Of a DNA stretch of 64,000 bases, positions 1 through 7,741 are shown in pieces. Made by a program: the position numbers and the translations under genes. The stretch is from contig JABVCK010000027.1 of assembly GCA_013540605.1 (NCBI GenBank), positions 171,976 to 235,975 on the forward strand, in the 5' to 3' direction. The number at the start of each line of letters is the position of its first letter. Position 1 is the first letter of the stretch. The stretch comes from Bacillota bacterium. GTDB taxonomy: Bacteria; Bacillota; Clostridia; Ch29. Below the pieces are notes generated by a model. That model worked only from the letters and a program-made list of their open reading frames with translations, made no database searches and was not told where the DNA came from.

Positions 1-158
1 TGGATGTCCAAAGGGACTGCAATGAAGTATTTGTCGAGCTCCAGAAGCGTGGAATGATTATAAGGCCTATAAACAAAACCTTTATAAGGATTACAATAGG
101 CACAATGGAACAGAATGAAAGAGTTATTGCTTTGTTAAAGGAAGTCCTTGGAAAATAA
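1..158 (+). CDS. hisC: Histidinol-phosphate aminotransferase, C-terminal end (partial at window edge)
   Basis: Frame reads ...ELQKRGMIIRP...FIRITIGTMEQNERVIALLKEVLGK*, the typical HisC C-terminal R(I/V)T(I/V)GT motif; TAA at 156-158. Confidence 0.75.
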   Translation, partial: DVQRDCNEVFVELQKRGMIIRPINKTFIRITIGTMEQNERVIALLKEVLGK

Positions 159-204
159 TATATCAAGGGGACGGTTCTTCTGATATATCAAAAAACTGTC
201 CCCT
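159..204. repeat. REP-like palindromic unit (AGGGGACGGTTCT ... AAAACTGTCCCCT)
   Basis: Same core as the AGAACCGTCCCCT copies at 1743-1820; lies between convergent genes. Confidence 0.55.
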
Positions 205-850
205 TAATATATTCCATAAAATCTTCAATGCTATCAAAACTCATATCGGGTTCTACATCAAAACTGAAACCGGCGGGCCTGAACCATTTAACCCCTGCCG
301 TAATCACTCCCGCCTGCTTACCGGCCTTTATATCCACGTTGCTGTCCCCTACAAACACCGTTCTCTCTACTGATGTGTTCATCCTTTTTACAGCTATCAG
401 TATGCCCTGCGGGTCCGGTTTCGGATTTACTACATCATCAGCGGTAATTACCACATCGAAATAGGGCAGCATCTCCAGTTCTCTCAAGGATATCTCTGCA
501 CTCCTTTTGCCCTTACCGGTTACCACACCGAGACTGATTCCCCTTGCCCTAAGCATCTGCAGCATCCGGTAGATGCCCGGAGAACTTTTGGCAAGCTCAC
601 GGTGCTTGTTCTTGTAAATGTAGTAGTACCTTTCTATAGCCGGTTCCACACAGCTATACTTTGAAATATGTTTCCTGAAAATCTCGTTTTCCCCCGGCCC
701 GAACATTCCTATGATTTCGTCGGCCGTAAAATCCTTGCCCTCATATTCGGAGAACACCCTCCTGAATGAATATATGATTATGGGAAATGTATCCGCCAAA
801 GTACCGTCAAAGTCGAATAATACTGTGTTTATTTTCATCCTAACCTCCAT
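188..850 (-). CDS. HAD-family phosphatase (PpaX/Gph-like)
   Basis: FDFDGTL motif I, KPDP motif, VGDS..DI motif IV. Confidence 0.9.
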   Translation of the reverse strand: MEVRMKINTVLFDFDGTLADTFPIIIYSFRRVFSEYEGKDFTADEIIGMFGPGENEIFRKHISKYSCVEPAIERYYYIYKNKHRELAKSSPGIYRMLQMLRARGISLGVVTGKGKRSAEISLRELEMLPYFDVVITADDVVNPKPDPQGILIAVKRMNTSVERTVFVGDSNVDIKAGKQAGVITAGVKWFRPAGFSFDVEPDMSFDSIEDFMEYIKGTVF

Positions 851-865
851 TATATCTCTTCAGCA

Positions 866-1318
866 TTACCTCAATGCCCTAATTAGACTAATAATAACCA
901 TAATTATTATAGGAACAGCAAGTATCTTATATATAATATAAAACCTGGCTGCCTTTCTTCTAAATGGCTCGGCAGGCTGTTCTTCTTCACTAACCCCGGA
1001 ATCCATATGTCCAACTAGTTTGCGTGCTTTCTCCAGCCTGTCCCGTGGTACATACAGGTCCACATCTATGACGGTACCGGTGTATACCTTCAGAAAGGTA
1101 CCCATTCCCTTGTACCTTATAACCGCAGGTATACCCTCGGCTTCCAGCATACCCTTCACAATTTCTGCCTCCGTATCGTTGTACACGTTCATCAGGAAAG
1201 CCCACTCCTCGGTATCCTCCACATCGTTATTTCCCATGCGGTCGACGCCTCTGCTGCAAATTGGACACCCTTCGGGACCCTCTTGATACTTGGACCCGCA
1301 TTTTGGACATAAAATCAT
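866..1318 (-). CDS. DUF2007-like protein with N-terminal Zn ribbon and C-terminal TM helix
   Basis: CPKC..CPIC; EAEIVKGMLEAEGIP; hydrophobic C-terminus; RBS GGAGGG. Confidence 0.7.
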   Translation of the reverse strand: MILCPKCGSKYQEGPEGCPICSRGVDRMGNNDVEDTEEWAFLMNVYNDTEAEIVKGMLEAEGIPAVIRYKGMGTFLKVYTGTVIDVDLYVPRDRLEKARKLVGHMDSGVSEEEQPAEPFRRKAARFYIIYKILAVPIIIMVIISLIRALR

Positions 1319-1443
1319 GCTAATCCCTCCTTTGCCCGGAAATATAACTGGATTTGCTTTTGTTATCGTTTCATCTCGTATAATTCTATCATATATACGA
1401 GTTTACAACCTATTATATCTGATATCTGTACCCGTTTGAAACC

Positions 1444-1472
1444 GAATATATTTTTCTTTTTTATAAATACTA
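1444..1472 (+). promoter_or_regulatory. Forespore sigma-G/F type promoter of sspH
   Basis: GAATA-17 nt-AATACTA fits the sigG consensus GHATR-N17/18-CATAHTA upstream of a SASP gene. Confidence 0.55.
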
Positions 1473-1503
1473 CTATCAAAGAATTTAGCGAGGAGGTGTT
1501 TCC

Positions 1504-1701
1504 ATGCAGTTGGAGAGAGTATACGAAATTCTCAAATCTCCGGATAGCATAGAGGTGCTTTACAATAACATCCCTGTGTGGATTGACGACGTTGATGAGG
1601 CCAGAAAAACCGCAAGCGTTAGGCTGCTAACATCGGATGAAAAAATAGATGTGCCGATTAATTCTCTTATAGAAACGGGAAATGATATGACATTTCAATA
1701 A
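1504..1701 (+). CDS. sspH: H-type small acid-soluble spore protein
   Basis: 65 aa, R..EIL.S...IEVLYN..PVWID..D...TA.V pattern; RBS AGGAGG. Confidence 0.85.
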   Translation: MQLERVYEILKSPDSIEVLYNNIPVWIDDVDEARKTASVRLLTSDEKIDVPINSLIETGNDMTFQ

Positions 1702-1711
1702 TTGTAATAGC

Positions 1712-1742
1712 AAACATCGCCTTCTTACGGGCGATGTTTTTT
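1712..1742 (+). terminator. Rho-independent terminator after sspH
   Basis: AAACATCGCC-loop-GGCGATGTTT followed by a T run. Confidence 0.8.
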
Positions 1743-1820
1743 ATATATCAAGAGAACCGTCCCCTTGATATATCCCCTTGATATATCAAGAGAACCGTCC
1801 CCTTGATATACCCTTGATAT
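1743..1820. repeat. Tandem REP-like units ATATATCAAGAGAACCGTCCCCTTGATATA (x2 plus partial copies)
   Basis: Direct repeats read directly from the sequence. Confidence 0.7.
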
Positions 1821-1843
1821 ACAGCAGCAATACTCGATTAAAT

Positions 1844-2572
1844 TTAGAGCATTTCCAGAAGCATAACAAAAAGCGTCCCTATAATGAATGGGAATATAGT
1901 TCCGTGGTTGGTGACCTTCCGCGATGAAGTAGGTATTAGTTCATCCACGCATATAAAAATCATAATCCCTGCCGTAAATGCGATGAGATACCCGATGAGA
2001 ACCATGGATATATTTTTGAAGATGTAATAGGCAGCAATAAATCCCAATAGTATCGGTACGGCCGTAACCGAAGAGACAAGGAAGGACTTCAACCGGTCTC
2101 CCGTACAGTGATAATACGGAGCGGACGTACAAATGCCCTCCGGTATATTATGTATTGCAATTGCTAAGGCGATAATCAAACTGATCTTGGTTTGTGACAC
2201 CGTTCCTATGGCTATTGCCATCCCTTCGGGGAAATTGTGCAAAAATATCCCGAAAATCAGATATATAGAAGTTTTTTTCAGGCTGCACTCTTGGCTGTGG
2301 TCGCAGAATTCCGGATGGGTATGGGGGATCAAGCGGTCCACCGCATACATAACCAGAGAGCCTGAAATAATACCGAGTATGCTGACCAACTCACTGGAAT
2401 AATTTATGCTCTCGGGAATCAGTTCAAGGAAGGATATTGCCATCATAACTCCCGCCGCAAAGGATAACATGGTGAACATAAAGCCTTCCGAGGGTTTTTT
2501 AAGAACTCCGATAAGGGAGCCAATAATAGGTGCAGCCGCAGAAATCATTACTATGGTTACGATAGTATCCAC
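1844..2572 (-). CDS. ZIP (ZupT/GufA) family divalent metal transporter
   Basis: LHNFPEG and IHNIPEG motifs, multiple TM helices. Confidence 0.92.
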   Translation of the reverse strand: MDTIVTIVMISAAAPIIGSLIGVLKKPSEGFMFTMLSFAAGVMMAISFLELIPESINYSSELVSILGIISGSLVMYAVDRLIPHTHPEFCDHSQECSLKKTSIYLIFGIFLHNFPEGMAIAIGTVSQTKISLIIALAIAIHNIPEGICTSAPYYHCTGDRLKSFLVSSVTAVPILLGFIAAYYIFKNISMVLIGYLIAFTAGIMIFICVDELIPTSSRKVTNHGTIFPFIIGTLFVMLLEML

Positions 2573-2606
2573 AACACCAGCTCCTTATATGTACAGTTGT
2601 TCAAAT

Positions 2607-2625
2607 GATAATGATACCTATTATC
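2607..2625. promoter_or_regulatory. Fur-box-like operator upstream of the ZIP gene
   Basis: GATAATGATACCTATTATC, 16/19 identical to GATAATGATAATCATTATC, between promoter and RBS. Confidence 0.65.
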
Positions 2626-2636
2626 ACTACATATAC

Positions 2637-2665
2637 ATTATATATGTACCGCCTTCGAATGTCAA
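2637..2665 (-). promoter_or_regulatory. Consensus sigma-A promoter of the ZIP gene
   Basis: Minus strand TTGACA-17 nt-TATAAT. Confidence 0.85.
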
Positions 2666-2678
2666 AACCCTCCTGCTC

Positions 2679-4630
2679 GGGAGTTTGACAGTTAAGTGAA
2701 TAAAAAAAGCATATAAGCCTTGAAATGGCTTTATTTTTTTGTCAAATTTTCAAAATTTATGTTGCACAATGTTTAACAATGCGTTATAATAACTATATAT
2801 TGCGGAAGAGGTGATGCCATGAGACTCCAAATATCCCGAACGAAAAATGCTGCTTCCTTTTATGTGGTCAAGTCCGTTTATGCAAACGGCAAACGCACTA
2901 ACAAGATCCATGAAAAGCTTGGAACCTACGAAGAACTTAAGGCTAAGCTTGGTGACAGGGATCCCTACGAATGGGCTGAAGAATATGTTGCAGAACTGAA
3001 CCGTCTTGAAAAAGAAGGCAGAGAACCTGTAGTAATTGCAAAGTATTCACCCTCTAGACTGATTAATAAGGGTGAGCAGCGCAGCTTTAATGGGGGATAC
3101 CTGTTTCTGCAGAAAATCTATCACGAGATGGGGATTAATAGGATCTGCAGAGAAATCTCTGACAAATACAAATTTGAATATAATTTGGACTCCATTCTCT
3201 CGAGACTGCTTTACGGCAGAATCCTCTTTCCCTCTTCAAAGCTGTCCACTTATGAGCTTTCATCCGAGTTGCTTGAACCGCCAGATTTCGAACTTCATCA
3301 TATCTACCGCGCGCTTGAGGTCATAGCAAAAGAAACGGATTTCATTCAGTCATCCCTGTACCAGAACAGCCTATCCCTTTCCAAGCGGAATACCGGCATT
3401 CTCTACTATGACTGTACCAACTATTTTTTTGAAATTGAACATGATGAAGGTTTGAAGCAATACGGATTTGCAAAAGATCACAAACCAAATCCTGTAGTCC
3501 AGATGGGCCTATTTATGGATGGAGACGGCATACCTCTCGCTTTTAGTATTACAGAAGGGAACAAAAACGAACAACTTACACTCAAACCCCTGGAAAAGAA
3601 GATTTTATCCGATTTCAAGCTCTCAAAGTTTGTTGTATGCACAGATGCAGGACTTGCCTCGATTAGCAACCGGAAATTCAACGATAAAGGAGGCAGGGCC
3701 TTCATTACTACCCAATCGATTAAAAAGCTAAAAGCTCACTTAAAAGAATGGGCACTTGATCCCGAAGGCTGGCATTTAGACGGTATTGCAAAAACCTACA
3801 ATATTCTTGAATTGGATGAAAAGAAAGACAGAGAGAAAATATTCTACAAAGAACGTTGGATCAAAGAGGATGGGCTGGAGCAGAAACTAATTGTCACCTA
3901 TTCCATTAAATACAGAGAATACAATATTAAAATCCGCAATTCACAGATTGATCGCGCCCTTAAGGCTCTCGATACAAATCCTTCGAAGATTATAAAACAC
4001 CGTCAGAATGACTACAAACGCTTTATTGAAAAAACTACTTGCACCGCCGACGGAGAAGTTGCTGAAAATGAAATCTACAGTCTCAACACCACCCTGATTG
4101 AAAGTGAAGCAGCCTATGATGGCTTTTACGCTGTATGCACGAACCTGGACGAAGACGCCACTGAAATTGCAAAGATCAACAGACGGCGTTGGGAAATTGA
4201 AGAATGCTTCCGAATCCTAAAAAGTGAATTCAAAGCAAGACCCGTATATCTGAAAAGAGATGACAGAATCATAGCGCATTTTACAACTTGCTTCATTGCG
4301 TTGATTATTTACAGGATTCTGGAAAAGAAGTTAAATGAGCAGTTCACATGTGACACCATTATCCGAAGTTTACGAAAAATGAACTTTAAGGAATTAAAGG
4401 GAGAAGGCTATGAGCCGATATATACCAGAACCGACTTTACCGATGCCTTGCACGAAGCATTCGGGTTCCGTACAGATTACGAAATCGTTACATTAAAACA
4501 GATGAAAAAAATTTTTAAGGCAACAAAAGGCAGATAACATTGTGCACTTTTTTAAAATTTACAAAAGCCTGAAATCCAATGGTTTCAATGGATATCAGGC
4601 TTTTTATTATCTGCAACTGTCAAACATGGG
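2679..4630 (+). mobile_element. IS1634-family insertion sequence with a 42-bp target duplication
   Basis: Terminal IR core GTTTGACAGTT (2683-2693) / AACTGTCAAAC (4615-4625); perfect direct repeat at 2637-2678 and 4631-4672. Confidence 0.9.
2819..4537 (+). CDS. IS1634-family DDE transposase
   Basis: YYDCTNYFFE, VCTDAGL, RWEIEECFR..K motifs; promoter TTGCAC-17-TATAAT at 2762-2790. Confidence 0.93.
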   Translation: MRLQISRTKNAASFYVVKSVYANGKRTNKIHEKLGTYEELKAKLGDRDPYEWAEEYVAELNRLEKEGREPVVIAKYSPSRLINKGEQRSFNGGYLFLQKIYHEMGINRICREISDKYKFEYNLDSILSRLLYGRILFPSSKLSTYELSSELLEPPDFELHHIYRALEVIAKETDFIQSSLYQNSLSLSKRNTGILYYDCTNYFFEIEHDEGLKQYGFAKDHKPNPVVQMGLFMDGDGIPLAFSITEGNKNEQLTLKPLEKKILSDFKLSKFVVCTDAGLASISNRKFNDKGGRAFITTQSIKKLKAHLKEWALDPEGWHLDGIAKTYNILELDEKKDREKIFYKERWIKEDGLEQKLIVTYSIKYREYNIKIRNSQIDRALKALDTNPSKIIKHRQNDYKRFIEKTTCTADGEVAENEIYSLNTTLIESEAAYDGFYAVCTNLDEDATEIAKINRRRWEIEECFRILKSEFKARPVYLKRDDRIIAHFTTCFIALIIYRILEKKLNEQFTCDTIIRSLRKMNFKELKGEGYEPIYTRTDFTDALHEAFGFRTDYEIVTLKQMKKIFKATKGR

Positions 4631-4756
4631 ATTATATATGTACCGCCTTCGAATGTCAAAACCCTCCTGCTCTGATTTACGGCGACCTTTCTATCCCTTC
4701 CTATTATCGTACATAGGCACTATACTATTTCAATCTCAGTATGCAGGTTATATAAT

Positions 4757-5487
4757 TCAGTCAATACTTTTGATAAATTTTCTATAAAATACCCATATAT
4801 ATACAAGGTGGACCGCTGTACCCAGCAATATAAATAACCAGTATGCCCCTTTTCCCAGTACCAGGTTTGTCTATGCCGTAACCGGCCAGAAGAACGGTAT
4901 TACACCCAAAAGGGTTTCCCATCGACACTCGGTAAAATATGCTATTACCGGCGCTATCATAAAAATCCCCAGTCCCTTTGACAGTGCCAGGCCTTCCACC
5001 TTATTGCCGGCAAAGGTTGCCAGAAACAGAGCTGTTATCGGAACCTCCATGGCAGCCACCAAAGCAATGGGGGCTACCAGCCTAAGCGCCACTCCCATGA
5101 AGTTTATCATCGGGAATACTGCTGCGGCATAAATAAGCCCAAGTGCTGCGGTAACAAGCATCCTATACTTTATATACCCTGATCTCCCTATGGGGGTAAC
5201 CGCAACAGTGGTCAATATACGGTCATCCCTTTCGTCCAGCAGGAGAAATCCTGTGACCATGCCAACCATAAGAGAAGGTAGAAGCAGTAGAAAACCTGTA
5301 ATCAACGGATAATATTCCTCAATGTCAATATAACCCTTCAGTTTAAGCGTAAGGAACGGAATTATGAATCTTACTGCTGTAAAAGCGAGGACAGGACCAA
5401 GGGATATACAAGGGATATAATAGCAAGCATGGATTCCCTGGTTATATTTCTAAAATCGTTTTTAGCTAGAAAATAGTACCTTTTCAT
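4757..5487 (-). pseudogene. ABC-2 type export permease (fluoroquinolone-exporter-like), disrupted
   Basis: GFLLLDERDD and FAGNKVEGLA motifs; 11-bp tandem duplication CAAGGGATATA (5398-5419) causes a frameshift; in-frame TAG at 4871 with the frame continuing to TGA at 4757. Confidence 0.75.
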
Positions 5488-5488
5488 T

Positions 5489-6057
5489 TTATCTCTCCCC
5501 CTCCTTTAATACGATAAACCTGTAAAATGCCCTGTAAGCAAAGGGGAAGGCCGCAGCTATACAGATAATCAAATAGCTAATAGAATATAAGATCAGCCAG
5601 GCTGCCGGCAATTCGAAGGCTCCCCGGATAAGAACCAGGGATGCCTGCGTGGGGAGCAGGTAGAAAACCCAGCTGCGGTATAGACCAAAATAATCCAGAA
5701 TAGGGAGACAAAAAACTGAAATATACAATAGTGAGGTCAACATGTATTCATTAACCGTCCTGAACCGTGCAACTGCCATAAACCCTATCAGAATGAACAG
5801 CACCGATGTAAGCGCTATACCGGTTACCAACAGCGGCACATTGAACCCGGATAACGGCGACATGGCACTGATAGCTGTTCCTGTCAACAGCGCTAGGGAA
5901 GTCAGGGTAATTACCTTTGAAATCAGGTACTCTCTTATCCTCAGCGGGGTAATTATTATATAGTCCAGGGTGGATTCTCCCCTTTCCAGCAATACAAGGC
6001 CTCCAATAAAGTAAAATCCTAAAAAGGATGGGTCTGAAAAGACGAGCAGCGGAACCA
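5489..6057 (-). pseudogene. ABC-2 type export permease, 5'-truncated at the intron 3' end
   Basis: FSDPSFLGFYFIGGLVLLER motif begins directly at the intron boundary; no N-terminus or RBS. Confidence 0.75.
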
Positions 6058-7708
6058 ATCGAGTAGGAGGGGGTGATTAACCCCCGTCCTCTCAGTCGAG
6101 TAGCCCGAAGGAGTTTCACCTGCAGGCTCTCACAGAACCGTACGTGAACCTCTCGATTCATACGGCGGTTCGAAAAGATATTAATGGACTAATGAATATC
6201 TCTCGGATATCGACTTTAGGCCTAAACTTTTAATGCTTATGTTCAGCTTGTATATCCTGTATTCCATGCTCATCGCATTACTCCTTGAGGTTATCTCCTT
6301 TAGCTTGGCCCTAAACCTTGCCAGTGACTTCGGGTGTACCCTTATCCCTATACCAGTATCTTTGCGGTAAAAGGAAAACCCCAAAAATTTCAGCCGCCAT
6401 GGCCTGTCAACAGCACTCTTTTCCCGGTTTACCTTAAGCTTTAACTCGCCTTCAATAAACCGTGTGATACTGGCCATTACCCTATCCGCTGCCTTTTTGC
6501 TTTTGACATAGATATTTACATCATCGGCATATTCTGCAGAATTTAAGTCCCCTTTTCTCCAGTTCCTTATCCAGTTCGTTTAGCATGATATTGGATAGTA
6601 GCGGACTTAAAGGTTATCTGGAGGAATTTGCGGATAAGGGATATCACTCCCTTATCCTTGATGGTTTTATGGATTAGGCCCATCAGCTTGTCATGGTTTA
6701 CGGTGTCAAAGTATTTGGCAAGGTCAATATCAACAGTCCAGTCTAACCTGCCTCTATGTATTCCTTGCATTTTAACACAGCCTGTTTTGCATCCCTTCCT
6801 GGCCTAAATCCATAGCTTCCTTCTGAAAACTGCTTCTCAAAGATGGGACTTAATACCTGGGCTACTGCCTGCTGTACCACTCTGTCCACTACTGTTGGTA
6901 TGCCAAGTAGTCTTTTGCCTCCGCCCGGCTTTGGTATTTCTACCCGCCGCACAGGTTTTGGCTTATACGTACCCTCCCGGATAGACTGCCTGATTTGGTC
7001 ACCATTTTCTTTTAGGTACTGTAGAAGTTCATCCACTGTCATCCCATCAATTCCATGGCTGCCTTTGTTTGACTTAACCCTCTCGTATGCCCTGTTCATG
7101 TTGTTTCGGTCAAGTATTTTATCAAGCAGACTTCCGGCATATTCACTGCCATCGTTTTGGTCTTTGGAAGACGTAAACGAAATACTCTGCACTCCTGCGC
7201 TGCCTTCGGGTTCCACCCTATTCTCACACAGGTAGTCTTCAATATGAAGTTGGCTGCACTCATTGCATTCCGTAGTGTACCTCAAAATCCCAAAACCATC
7301 CTTTCGTTCGGTCCTTCCCATGCCGTATATATCCGGTACGGTACTATGACCTCTGCTGACTTCTGACAGTTCAGCCATACATCACTGCATGGGTTGTCAT
7401 GGGGAAAATTCATTCCCTGCCTGACGTACCTGCCAGACCTCCCCGATTAAGAGCAGCAACTTTCATCCCATGTCACCGCTGCATTTACACCGTGGAATTC
7501 GGGTAGTGTTGGACTTCGTTTTGTTCAGCAAACTCGTCCGTTCCACATATGCCTTGTATGCAGTTCCTGTCCGTCGGTGCGGGACTTTGCCTGCAGCTTC
7601 CTTCAGATTTCACCTCACGGTGAACACCCTTGCTGTTTAGCTAATGGTTCCCACTACCAAGCCCATAGCGGACTTTCACCGCCTAGTTGCTGCCCATGTC
7701 GGGCGAAC
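6058..7708 (-). mobile_element. Group II intron (class IIC), degenerate
   Basis: 5' end GTTCGCCCGACATGGG directly after a terminator hairpin; DV start GAACCGCCGTA; 3' end ...CCTACTCGAT; RT remnant inside. Confidence 0.88.
6181..7378 (-). pseudogene. ltrA: Group II intron reverse transcriptase/maturase, frameshifted
   Basis: GIDG, RLLGIPTVVDR, SYGFRPGR, DIDL.KYFD, PLSPLLSNIML and YADD (about 6520-6531) spread over different frames; PQG motif deleted. Confidence 0.9.
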
Positions 7709-7710
7709 TG

Positions 7711-7738
7711 AAGGAAAAGCAGGGCAAAAGCCCTGCTT
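7711..7738 (-). terminator. Terminator of the P-type ATPase gene and IIC intron insertion landmark
   Basis: AAGCAGGGC-TTTT-GCCCTGCTT hairpin plus pyrimidine run. Confidence 0.8.
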
Positions 7739-7741
7739 GCT

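Noticed and set aside
5751-6161. ORF MNREVHVRFCESL...
   Set aside because: Translation of intron domain V/VI RNA running into an alternate frame of the permease
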